Part shown: piece by piece, positions 13,424 through 26,891 of the stretch | Position numbering within the stretch: the stretch's first letter is position 1 | Layout: the number at the start of each line of letters is the position of its first letter | Source of the DNA: Bispira polyomma | Taxonomy: Eukaryota | Assembly (NCBI GenBank): GCA_965649765.1 | Contig: OZ287748.1 | Location: 12,338,001-12,402,000, forward strand | Direction of reading: 5' to 3' | DNA length: 64,000 nt | Notes under the pieces: generated by a model | Databases searched by the model: none | What the model saw: the letters and a program-made list of their open reading frames with translations, nothing else | Told to the model about the DNA's origin: nothing | Program-made: the position numbers and the translations under genes

Positions 13424-15137
13424 ATCTAATCTAATCTAATCTAACCGTACTTTTATAGCGCTTAATCTTTGTACAACAAATTCTAAGGCGCAACTAACCT
13501 AAGCATTAATCAAAAAAAAAAAAATCAGAAATGGGGGACGGATGGTGGTCATAACCAGAGAGACTACCGGGATGGTTGCGATGGCTAAGGTGGAAAGGCC
13601 TGTTCGAAAAGGTAGGCCTTCAGTTTACTCCTAAAAGAGGAGAACGTTTGAGTCAAGCAAACATGATCAGGCAGGCTGTTCCATATGAAGGGGCCATCAT
13701 GAGCAAGGCAATGATTGAAATGTACTTTGTATTTGTGGATGCGAGGGTCAAAAGTGGGAATGTTAAGATATAACTTATCAGGGTTACTGCGCCTAGTCCT
13801 GACTGAGCATGTATATTTGGATAGATGGGGGCTGAAATAGGTGGGTGATCCAGAATTTAGAAAGTTGTATATAATTGTTGCAATTTTGAAAGCAACACGA
13901 TATTTTATTGGGAGCCAGTGGAGTGACTTAAGTACAGGAGTAATATGAGAAAATTTAGAAGTTTTGGCCACGATGCGAGCCAATGAGTGTTGAACGTTCT
14001 GAAGACGTTTGAGGTCACTACAAGATAGGGAACGGAACAAAGAGTTGCAGTAATCAAGCCTACTGCTGACCAAGGCGTTGGGAACAGTGATTGCAGTGGA
14101 TTTGGTTAGATAACGCCTAATTCGCCTGAAATCATGGAGGCCAACAAAACATGATCTACACACGGATGCAACATGGTTGGAGAAGGAGAATTCAGAGTCA
14201 AACAACACGCCCAGGTTGTGTACTTTGTCAGCTGGGAAAAGCCTGCTGCCAAGAATATCAACTGGGAAACAGCTGGACAGTTTTTCCCGTTGCAACTTGG
14301 AGCCAAACAAAATAAACTCTTATCAGGGTTCAGCTTGAGTTTATTTGCTGCCATCCAGTGTTGTACATCGACAAGGCAGTTCTGTAAGGAGGTGAAAGCT
14401 GCCTGGGCAGAATCGGGTGTAAGGTGGATGTACAATTGGGTATCATCCGCATAGAAGTGAAAGTTTATGTCTTTGTATGCAGCAATGATCTTGCTGAGTG
14501 GGGTGGTATACATTGAGAACAAAATAGGACCCAGGACTGAGCCCTGGGGAACCCCAAATTTTAACCATGTAGGGTCGGACAAGATGGTGCCAATTTTGAC
14601 CGATTGGAATCTATCAGACAAATACGCCGTGAACCATTTAAGTGCAGTACCGTTGATACCAAACCAAGATGACAAGAAGAACTTTGTGATCAATAGTATC
14701 AAATGCCGCTGACAGATCCAGCAGTACTAAGGCAGTAGGCATACCTTTAGATAAAGATATATGAACGTCATTTTTGATGCAGAGTAGTGCAGTCTCTGTA
14801 GAATGACCACTTCTGTACGCTGACTGATACTTATTGCATAGATTACTAACGTCGAGATGTTGTTTGATCTGTAAGGCGACCACGCGTTCAACCAACTTAG
14901 AGATATAGCAAAGGCCTGAGACAGGACGGTAGTTTTTCAAGTCAGCCTTTGGGAGAGAAGATTTTTTTATTAAAGGAGTGATAATGGCTTTTTTGAAATC
15001 ATTTGGAAAGACGCCATTGACCAATGAGAGGTTAACAAGTTTGGTGATTGAGGGCAATAAAATGTCAATACATTCCTTAACAAGGAATGTAGGCCACGGA
15101 TCTAACAAGCAAGATTTTACGGGTGATGTAAGTATAA
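13424..15137 (-). mobile_element. 5'-truncated L2/CR1-group LINE with frameshifts
   Basis: Overlapping ORFs 14638-15108, 14106-14702 and 13585-14310 carry NYRPVS, HSTETALL, LDLSAAFDTIDH, GVPQGSVLGP, FYADDTQLY, SRLDYCN, LHWLP and AFPP*; 3' stem-loop and (TTAGA)n tail. Confidence 0.95.
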
Positions 15138-17561
15138 TCCACTTCTCTGTCCAGTCAAAGATTGCTAAATCTCGTAATAGAGTGTGTAATGAGTTCTGTG
15201 TTAAATACTCAATATCTCGTTATAGTGAGTTGATCTTTATTTTTTAAGACTCTAAAATAGTCGACTCTTGTGCAAAGGTGAAGGTTGCTGGAAATCTTCA
15301 TTTACCAGAAAGCGATATTGGTTTTACAAATGTAGAACTGCAAAGTTTAAAGGAGAACTAGACAGTTACAGAAGACCATACAGAAATCAGTGAAGATTGG
15401 TGCCTCGAATTACACTATAAATATATATCTCTCCTTTCAAACTTTATGGGTCTTCTTCACTTTTCCATATGGGTTCTTAATTACTTCCGGTAAATCACGC
15501 AGCCTCAGTTTTTTGGTGACGTTCGCCTTTAATACTCAAGAGTTTGGCTCCTAGAACACAGAGGCTAAATATGGTACATGAATTCATCGGGAAATATAAG
15601 AAAATATGATCAGTTGCTGCCATTTTGGAATTCCTAGTGCACCTCGTCCGATAGGATATTACTCAGCCTCAGTCAGCATCGCTAAATTTTGTTTTACGAG
15701 TTGTTCAGACCCCAATTCCTCATGTGGTATACAAAGCCAAAGACGCTCATGTGGAGTTCTTGAAAATTTAAAGAGATCACCACAATATGCACGTTTATTT
15801 GAAATGTTGGAGATAGAAATAAACTTAGGGACTGCAGGACACTACATTTTTTTCAGTAACATACCACACAGACTCTCTTGAAACATAATGGAAGTTATCC
15901 CTTTTGATCAATGTATTGTTACTTTAAGTCACAATAATGTACCACTATTTGTAAGCAGGGTGCAAGAGGCAAGGACCTAGGTCACACAGTACACTGACCG
16001 TGTATCCAAGTAACCATTCATCCTTGATGTTCAGAATGACCGTGTTTGGAAAAACATCAACTAAAATAGTATTGCAGCGTTTATGATTCTTTCCCAACAA
16101 AGAAACTTATATAGAAAATACTTCCTAAAATTAAAGTGTTTTTTTTTTAATGTAAGAAATTAGCACAAGTCAACAGACGACTTGTGTATACCTTAAACCC
16201 TAGACAGATGACAGAGGTACCATATGAATTGATGTGTACACAACTTAATTATTTGGTCTCACAGACGGTTCTGTCAAGTGCTATACAACCCTATAATGTG
16301 TATGTGATTCTATTTTAGCATAGCCAAACAGGGTGTCTTATTTGTAAACTCCCTGGATGAATGGTGTCAGGTCTACCTATATGCTGACAAAGTAAGAATG
16401 GGACTATCAATATCTGCTCTTATTTCTTGGTTAACCTCCACACCAAGATGGTGGTAGACTGTCAACAATTACACTTTTAAGTCAAATTCGACAAAATATT
16501 CAAGCCCATCACTGTATACACGGTACTCAAGACTCAAGTGCTATTTTATGGCATAGCAAATTAAAAAACCAAAACCTTATCTCCCATACATCTTGTAATC
16601 AGATTTACCACTAACTGAAAAACTGTACTTATTAGGTCTGGTTAAAACTATTGGTATTAAAATGATCTTACAATTTAGGTTATATTTGGAATTACTTTTT
16701 GTATTGATTCAAAAACATGACTTGATATATATAAGAAGTAGATATTTATGTTATCAGTTTGTATGACTGCTATACCTGGTATCAGGTGACATAAAACCAG
16801 TCAGATTTTACAAAAAGACAACTATCATTTTCATGTATCATATTGCTTAAAGTTCGGGTCTATCAATAGCATTGTACACATGGTGTTGATTCGTTATATG
16901 GGTGATAGTGTACTTTATTGTCTATAATAATGCCTAGGTCACACCTACAAGTACGATTGTAGCCATTCGAATACTTGCACAGTTGAATTTGCAATTATCA
17001 GCAAAAAGTCATTTTTGGGTTGAAATGTTGAAAAATGACATATTCTTCCCTTAGGGCAAGCTAGGGAAATCTATTCTCACATTCATAGAACTAATGAAAC
17101 AACTAAAGATGAAACAAAAACTCTCGCTTCCAATCGTTGGGCTCAGGACAGCATCATAGCTCTATGATGGACTCGGACATCAAAAATAGACAGATCAAAA
17201 CATATTAATTCATAATTTGTCCACAAGGTCTTCCAAGGAACTTTGATGAAAGTTCTTAAGCATACCCCATTAAAGCAGTACTTTGTCATATGTTGATGCA
17301 AGATTTTTTTTTATTGGTGAAACTTTTATAGAATCTAATGTAGGCATTCATTTTAGCCAAAAACATTGCTTCTACCACCGATGTTTCGAACAGTTTGAAA
17401 CAGTTGTAGCATCAATGAAAACATATCTGGAGTTGAATGAGATGCTCACAGGTTGAGACCAGCATGGAAGAACTCTATTTGACACGATTTAAAATAATAT
17501 AAAACATTGTTTTATAAACCAGTTTAGTTCAGTATATAGACATGAATTGCAAGTTGATGGA

Positions 17562-17781
17562 TTTAAATTTGAATTGGGATATTTAACGTATATTGGGATG
17601 GGTAGTTGGAAACGCTGCATACATTTGATCAAGGTTCTGCACTGAAACCAGTGGTCCACAGTAAAGAACTACCACCTTTACAATATAGCCATCGACGTGA
17701 TTCGAACTCACGCCGCCCAGAGGTGAGAGACCAGTGATTGTGAAGCGCAATGCTTGCTAACCACTAGGCCACTGCGACCCC
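17562..17781 (-). mobile_element. tRNA-derived SINE (family A), unit 1
   Basis: 15-bp TSD ttgcaagttgatgga at 17547-17561 / 17782-17796; internal deletions relative to the other copies. Confidence 0.92.
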
Positions 17782-18021
17782 TTGCAAGTTGATGGAACAA
17801 TTTGGTCTAATTTATCATATACTTATATAGGGCCTTAATTCCTGTACTTGATGTCATTCACATTGACCCCAGCATGTTTTTGCTCTTAATCTGTGTAGTG
17901 TAAAAGAGAAAGGTGGATGTCACTCTCTGATCTGGATCAAGGGAATGTTTCTAACCTTATGTGTTGTTAGCTATCTACAACAACCCGGAGTTTCCCTCTT
18001 GGTGTATCAAGGAATATCAGG

Positions 18022-18740
18022 ATAAAACTGTGTAGACTGGGTTGATAGAATGGCTTATCCTGTAGGACATGGAGTACTATGTAAAACTTTGTGGACTGGG
18101 TTGATGGAAGAGCTTATCCTGTAGGACATGGGGTACTATATATAAAACTATGTAGACTGGGTTGATGGAAGAGCTTATCCTGTAGGACATGGAGTATTAT
18201 ATAAAACTGTGTAGACTGGGTTGATTGAAGAGTTTATTCTGTAGGACATGGAGTATTATATAAAACTGTGTGGACTGGGTTGATTGATGAGCTTATTCTG
18301 TAGGACATGGAGTATTATATAAAATTTGTGGACTGGGTTGATAGTGGGGCTTATCCTGTAGGACATGGGGTACTATATATAAACCTGTGTAGCCTGGGTT
18401 GATAGAAAAGTTTATCTTGTAGAACATGGAGTACTCTATATAAAACTGTGTAGATTGGGTTGATAGTAGGGCTTATCCTGTAGGACATGGAATACTATAT
18501 AATACTGTATATACTGGGTTGATGGAAGAGCTCATCCTGTAGGACATGGAGTATTATATAAAACTGGGTGGACTGGGTTAAAGGAAGGGCTTGTTCTGTA
18601 ATAAATGGAGTATTATATAAAACTGTGTATACTGGGTTGATGGAAGAGCTTATCCTGTAGGACGTTGGGTACTATATATAAAACTTTGTGAACTGGGTTG
18701 ATGGAAGAGCTTATCCTGCAGGACATTGGGTACTATATAC
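18022..18740. repeat. ~59-61-bp minisatellite, ~12 copies (also 22577-23295 and 27132-27850)
   Basis: Consensus approximately ataaaactgtgtagactgggttgatggaagagcttatcctgtaggacatggagtattat. Confidence 0.95.
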
Positions 18741-19725
18741 AAGTGCAAATATTCTGAATAAAGATGATTAGCTTTTGTTTTTGCGATAACTTTTGTATAT
18801 AATTGAAAATAAACATATCTACACCAGGTCCTCAACAGACCAGTTTCAATAACTCAGACATATTGAGACTTTATTTTAACTCAACACAGACAACCTTCTA
18901 TATTTGTTACTTAAAACACTACCTATTTACCTTATATATAGTAGATATGTCACTAGTACAGACAGGTATATGCCTCTCTCAGAGGTGGTGGGTAATTCAA
19001 ACAGTGCATCATCTCTCCAATGTATAATGGTCCAATTGACCACCTCTGTGTACTAAAGGTGTAGAGTGTATACATACATACATCTGTGTCAACTCTGCAT
19101 ACAAAGATCCACTTTCTCTTTAGTCCTTTACTTAATGAAGTGTGATTTAAGAAATTGTCAAACACGACACAGATAAACATCTATTCAACTAAATTAACCC
19201 CCATTACCACCAACACCCATGTTGTTTATGCTGGATTTAGCTTTAAACACTGGTAAAAGCTAGGCTTTATTTTGTAAAATTTCTTCAACCATAACTGAAA
19301 TAAAAACAGGCTATCTTGTTAAAATACACTTCTGTTCACAACCACTATTTTAGAAAAATAATTTAAGACGAAAGCGCCTCAGGGCAATTAAAAGCCTCTA
19401 TAACTTAAAGAAATTAATTTAAATTCTAAATTGTAATAAACCAATGTCATGTTTATCTCCTCAATATAATGGTTCAACAAGTTTGTCTTAGGTATGTGTC
19501 CTAATAAACAAGCGTGGCCCTCTATAGTCTAGGTTTGCAGAGGACAATAGGTGTCTTGATGCTCGCTACAGAAGGTATACATCATGACAAAGGACATTTT
19601 TGTTGTTCAACCTCCTTAATAATAAACTACCAACCATATAAACACAAACTATGGGGGAAAGAGGGCTCACAGTGACGTGGTCTCTGACAATGGTCTGGGT
19701 CTTAGTATAAACCAATACTAGGTTG

Positions 19726-20025
19726 ATTTAGTGTACCACATGACTGGTAAATTTAGTGTTCTCCATGACTGGTAAACTTAGTGTAAACCAAGACTGATTA
19801 ATTCAGTGTAAACCATGACTGGTTAATTTAGTGTAAACCAGGACTGATTAATTTAGTATAAACCATGACTTATTAATTTAGTATAAACCAGGACTGATTA
19901 ATTTAGTGGAAACCATGACTGGTAAAATTAGAGTACACCAAGACTGATTAATTTATTGTAAACCAGGACTGGTTAATTTAGTGTAAACCATGACTGATTA
20001 ACTTAGTGTAAACCAAGACTGATAA
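19726..20025. repeat. ~25-bp minisatellite, ~12 copies (also 24281-24580 and 28836-29135)
   Basis: Consensus approximately aatttagtgtaaaccatgactgatt. Confidence 0.95.
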
Positions 20026-22116
20026 ACCTTGTATTTGCTACTTAGTGTACATTATACATGTGAAACTAACTTGCCCATTAGGATTATTTTACTGAGCTCA
20101 TGATATAAGTAAAAATATAACATATAACACAATTTATTCTTATGACACAAGTTAGGTGTTGTAATAATAGTTAGACCAGAATGTTTCATTACCACCCACA
20201 GGATTAGTCAGTATATCTGTAGTAGCAGTAGGTATTGACAAAAGCTGTAACTTGTTTGGTGCATGAATAAAAAAAAAGTGTCCACAATATCTATTGAAAA
20301 AGACAGTCACATATATAATATATTGATATGTTGTAAAGACAAAGTCATAAAATAATACATGAATAATTGTATTGAAAATATGCACTGATAAACATTGTAT
20401 TTGCAATCACAAACAATAACTGTTCAGATACCATTAGCGACAGGTTTGTCGAGACTTGTGTAAAAAATAGGACTATCTTATGTGGTTTATTTTTTAACTT
20501 CGCTAGCTTTTGTGTATGCTTTTTAATATGTTCATTTATACATTTAAACAATATATTGTATATTGCACGAAATTTGGACCTCTTATTTACTATATTTTGG
20601 GTTTTGAAACTTGAACTAACAAGTAGATACAATCAATAAGGTAGGTCTATAAACATACAACACTGTATCTAATTATGACAGTACCGCCTTATAATATATA
20701 TATCCAATTTTGGTAGTAAATGTACTACCTCACAAGTACATAACTAATTATGGCAGTGTACGCCTTACAGAATATATCAACTACCAAATTAAGGTTCAAG
20801 TTTCATGAAAAATAAATATATTTTGCTTTGATTACACAAAACACATGCAGAATAATAAACTTTATAATATTTATTAGAAATATAATAATAATCGATCTAA
20901 ATTGATCTTTAGTTAATAAAATGGGATTCCCATGGAAGAGAATGTAAAGAAGTAACAACAACAAATCTAGTTCAGAATTATACAACTACAATCACTTTTA
21001 AGATGGTGGTAGACTGTCAACAATTACACTTTTAAGTCAAATTCGACAAAATATTCAAGCCCATCACTGTATACACGGTACTCAAGACTCAAGTGCTATT
21101 TTATGGCATAGCAAATTAAAAAACCAAAACCTTATCTCCCATACATCTTGTAATCAGATTTACCACTAACTGAAAAACTGTACTTATTAGGTCTGGTTAA
21201 AACTATTGGTATTAAAATGATCTTACAATTTAGGTTATATTTGGAATTACTTTTTGTATTGATTCAAAAACATGACTTGATATATATAAGAAGTAGATGT
21301 TTATGTTATCAGTTTGTATGACTGCTATACCTGGTATCAGGTGACATAAAACCAGTCAGATTTTACAAAAAGACAACTATCATTTTCATGTATCATATTG
21401 CTTAAAGTTCGGGTCTATCAATAGCATTGTACACATGGTGTTGATTCGTTATATGGGTGATAGTGTACTTTATTGTCTATAATAATGCCTAGGTCACACC
21501 TACAAGTACGATTGTAGCCATTCGAATACTTGCACATTTGAATTTGCAATTATCAGCAAAAAGTCATTTTTGGGTTGAAATGTTGAAAAATGACATATTC
21601 TTCCCTTAGGGCAAGCTAGGGAAATCTATTCTCACATTCATAGAACTAATGAAACAACTAAAGATGAAACAAAAACTCTCGCTTCCAATCGTTGGGCTCA
21701 GGACAGCATCATAGCTCTATGATGGACTCGGACATCAAAAATAGACAGATCAAAACATATTAATTCATAATTTGTCCACAAGGTCTTCCAAGGAACTTTG
21801 ATGAAAGTTCTTAAGCATACCCCATTAAAGCAGTACTTTGTCATATGTTGATGCAAGATTTTTTTTTATTGGTGAAACTTTTATAGAATCTAATGTAGGC
21901 ATTCATTTTAGCCAAAAACATTGCTTCTACCACCGATGTTTCGAACAGTTTGAAACAGTTGTAGCATCAATGAAAACATATCTGGAGTTGAATGAGATGC
22001 TCACAGGTTGAGACCAGCATGGAAGAACTCTATTTGACACGATTTGAAATAATATAAAACATTGTTTTATAAACCAGTTTAGTTCAGTATATAGACATGA
22101 ATTGCAAGTTGATGGA

Positions 22117-22336
22117 TTTAAATTTGAATTGGGATATTTAACGTATATTGGGATGGGTAGTTGGAAACGCTGCATACATTTGATCAAGGTTCTGCACTGA
22201 AACCAGTGGTCCACAGTAAAGAACTACCACCTTTACAATATAGCCATCGACGTGATTCGAACTCACGCCGCCCAGAGGTGAGAGACCAGTGATTGTGAAG
22301 CGCAATGCTTGCTAACCACTAGGCCACTGCGACCCC
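22117..22336 (-). mobile_element. SINE family A, copy carried in unit 2
   Basis: Same sequence and TSD as 17562-17781, offset +4555. Confidence 0.92.
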
Positions 22337-25300
22337 TTGCAAGTTGATGGAACAATTTGGTCTAATTTATCATATACTTATATAGGGCCTTAATTCCTGT
22401 ACTTGATGTCATTCACATTGACCCCAGCATGTTTTTGCTCTTAATCTGTGTAGTGTAAAAGAGAAAGGTGGATGTCACTCTCTGATCTGGATCAAGGGAA
22501 TGTTTCTAACCTTATGTGTTGTTAGCTATCTACAACAACCCGGAGATTCCCTCTTGGTGTATCAAGGAATATCAGGATAAAACTGTGTAGACTGGGTTGA
22601 TAGAATGGCTTATCCTGTAGGACATGGAGTAATATGTAAAACTTTGTGGACTGGGTTGATGGAAGAGCTTATCCTGTAGGACATGGGGTACTATATATAA
22701 AACTATGTAGACTGGGTTGATGGAAGAGCTTATCCTGTAGGACATGGAGTATTATATAAAACTGTGTAGACTGGGTTGATTGAAGAGTTTATTCTGTAGG
22801 ACATGGAGTATTATATAAAACTGTGTGGACTGGGTTGATTGATGAGCTTATTCTGTAGGACATGGAGTATTATATAAAATTTGTGGACTGGGTTGATAGT
22901 GGGGCTTATCCTGTAGGACATGGGGTACTATATATAAACCTGTGTAGCCTGGGTTGATAGAAAAGTTTATCTTGTAGAACATGGAGTACTCTATATAAAA
23001 CTGTGTAGATTGGGTTGATAGTAGGGCTTATCCTGTAGGACATGGAATACTATATAATACTGTATATACTGGGTTGATGGAAGAGCTCATCCTGTAGGAC
23101 ATGGAGTATTATATAAAACTGGGTGGACTGGGTTAAAGGAAGGGCTTGTTCTGTAATAAATGGAGTATTATATAAAACTGTGTATACTGGGTTGATGGAA
23201 GAGCTTATCCTGTAGGACGTTGGGTACTATATATAAAACTTTGTGAACTGGGTTGATGGAAGAGCTTATCCTGCAGGACATTGGGTACTATATACAAGTG
23301 CAAATATTCTGAATAAAGATGATTAGCTTTTGTTTTTGCGATAACTTTTGTATATAATTGAAAATAAACATATCTACACCAGGTCCTCAACAGACCAGTT
23401 TCAATAACTCAGACATATTGAGACTTTATTTTAACTCAACACAGACAACCTTCTATATTTGTTACTTAAAACACTACCTATTTACCTTATATATAGTAGA
23501 TATGTCACTAGTACAGACAGGTATATGCCTCTCTCAGAGGTGGTGGGTAATTCAAACAGTGCATCATCTCTCCAATGTATAATGGTCCAATTGACCACCT
23601 CTGTGTACTAAAGGTGTAGAGTGTATACATACATACATCTGTGTCAACTCTGCATACAAAGATCCACTTTCTCTTTAGTCCTTTACTTAATGAAGTGTGA
23701 TTTAAGAAATTGTCAAACACGACACAGATAAACATCTATTCAACTAAATTAACCCCCATTACCACCAACACCCATGTTGTTTATGCTGGATTTAGCTTTA
23801 AACACTGGTAAAAGCTAGGCTTTATTTTGTAAAATTTCTTCAACCATAACTGAAATAAAAACAGGCTATCTTGTTAAAATACACTTCTGTTCACAACCAC
23901 TATTTTAGAAAAATAATTTAAGACGAAAGCGCCTCAGGGCAATTAAAAGCCTCTATAACTTAAAGAAATTAATTTAAATTCTAAATTGTAATAAACCAAT
24001 GTCATGTTTATCTCCTCAATATAATGGTTCAACAAGTTTGTCTTAGGTATGTGTCCTAATAAACAAGCGTGGCCCTCTATAGTCTAGGTTTGCAGAGGAC
24101 AATAGGTGTCTTGATGCTCGCTACAGAAGGTATACATCATGACAAAGGACATTTTTGTTGTTCAACCTCCTTAATAATAAACTACCAACCATATAAACAC
24201 AAACTATGGGGGAAAGAGGGCTCACAGTGACGTGGTCTCTGACAATGGTCTGGGTCTTAGTATAAACCAATACTAGGTTGATTTAGTGTACCACATGACT
24301 GGTAAATTTAGTGTTCTCCATGACTGGTAAACTTAGTGTAAACCAAGACTGATTAATTCAGTGTAAACCATGACTGGTTAATTTAGTGTAAACCAGGACT
24401 GATTAATTTAGTATAAACCATGACTTATTAATTTAGTATAAACCAGGACTGATTAATTTAGTGGAAACCATGACTGGTAAAATTAGAGTACACCAAGACT
24501 GATTAATTTATTGTAAACCAGGACTGGTTAATTTAGTGTAAACCATGACTGATTAACTTAGTGTAAACCAAGACTGATAAACCTTGTATTTGCTACTTAG
24601 TGTACATTATACATGTGAAACTAACTTGCCCATTAGGATTATTTTACTGAGCTCATGATATAAGTAAAAATATAACATATAACACAATTTATTCTTATGA
24701 CACAAGTTAGGTGTTGTAATAATAGTTAGACCAGAATGTTTCATTACCACCCACAGGATTAGTCAGTATATCTGTAGTAGCAGTAGGTATTGACAAAAGC
24801 TGTAACTTGTTTGGTGCATGAATAAAAAAAAAGTGTCCACAATATCTATTGAAAAAGACAGTCACATATATAATATATTGATATGTTGTAAAGACAAAGT
24901 CATAAAATAATACATGAATAATTGTATTGAAAATATGCACTGATAAACATTGTATTTGCAATCACAAACAATAACTGTTCAGATACCATTAGCGACAGGT
25001 TTGTCGAGACTTGTGTAAAAAATAGGACTATCTTATGTGGTTTATTTTTTAACTTCGCTAGCTTTTGTGTATGCTTTTTAATATGTTCATTTATACATTT
25101 AAACAATATATTGTATATTGCACGAAATTTGGACCTCTTATTTACTATATTTTGGGTTTTGAAACTTGAACTAACAAGTAGATACAATCAATAAGGTAGG
25201 TCTATAAACATACAACACTGTATCTAATTATGACAGTACCGCCTTATAATATATATATCCAATTTTGGTAGTAAATGTACTACCTCACAAGTACATAACT

Positions 25301-26671
25301 AATTATGGCAGTGTACGCCTTACAGAATATATCAACTACCAAATTAAGGTTCAAGTTTCATGAAAAATAAATATATTTTGCTTTGATTACACAAAACACA
25401 TGCAGAATAATAAACTTTATAATATTTATTAGAAATATAATAATAATCGATCTAAATTGATCTTTAGTTAATAAAATGGGATTCCCATGGAAGAGAATGT
25501 AAAGAAGTAACAACAACAAATCTAGTTCAGAATTATACAACTACAATCACTTTTAAGATGGTGGTAGACTGTCAACAATTACACTTTTAAGTCAAATTCG
25601 ACAAAATATTCAAGCCCATCACTGTATACACGGTACTCAAGACTCAAGTGCTATTTTATGGCATAGCAAATTAAAAAACCAAAACCTTATCTCCCATACA
25701 TCTTGTAATCAGATTTACCACTAACTGAAAAACTGTACTTATTAGGTCTGGTTAAAACTATTGGTATTAAAATGATCTTACAATTTAGGTTATATTTGGA
25801 ATTACTTTTTGTATTGATTCAAAAACATGACTTGATATATATAAGAAGTAGATGTTTATGTTATCAGTTTGTATGACTGCTATACCTGGTATCAGGTGAC
25901 ATAAAACCAGTCAGATTTTACAAAAAGACAACTATCATTTTCATGTATCATATTGCTTAAAGTTCGGGTCTATCAATAGCATTGTACACATGGTGTTGAT
26001 TCGTTATATGGGTGATAGTGTACTTTATTGTCTATAATAATGCCTAGGTCACACCTACAAGTACGATTGTAGCCATTCGAATACTTGCACATTTGAATTT
26101 GCAATTATCAGCAAAAAGTCATTTTTGGGTTGAAATGTTGAAAAATGACATATTCTTCCCTTAGGGCAAGCTAGGGAAATCTATTCTCACATTCATAGAA
26201 CTAATGAAACAACTAAAGATGAAACAAAAACTCTCGCTTCCAATCGTTGGGCTCAGGACAGCATCATAGCTCTATGATGGACTCGGACATCAAAAATAGA
26301 CAGATCAAAACATATTAATTCATAATTTGTCCACAAGGTCTTCCAAGGAACTTTGATGAAAGTTCTTAAGCATACCCCATTAAAGCAGTACTTTGTCATA
26401 TGTTGATGCAAGATTTTTTTTTATTGGTGAAACTTTTATAGAATCTAATGTAGGCATTCATTTTAGCCAAAAACATTGCTTCTACCACCGATGTTTCGAA
26501 CAGTTTGAAACAGTTGTAGCATCAATGAAAACATATCTGGAGTTGAATGAGATGCTCACAGGTTGAGACCAGCATGGAAGAACTCTATTTGACACGATTT
26601 GAAATAATATAAAACATTGTTTTATAAACCAGTTTAGTTCAGTATATAGACATGAATTGCAAGTTGATGGA

Positions 26672-26891
26672 TTTAAATTTGAATTGGGATATTTAACGTA
26701 TATTGGGATGGGTAGTTGGAAACGCTGCATACATTTGATCAAGGTTCTGCACTGAAACCAGTGGTCCACAGTAAAGAACTACCACCTTTACAATATAGCC
26801 ATCGACGTGATTCGAACTCACGCCGCCCAGAGGTGAGAGACCAGTGATTGTGAAGCGCAATGCTTGCTAACCACTAGGCCACTGCGACCCC
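26672..26891 (-). mobile_element. SINE family A, copy carried in unit 3
   Basis: Same sequence and TSD, offset +9110. Confidence 0.92.

Noticed and set aside
18022-20025. CRISPR-like arrays
   Set aside because: Units are wholly repeated with no unique spacers; eukaryotic context and no cas genes
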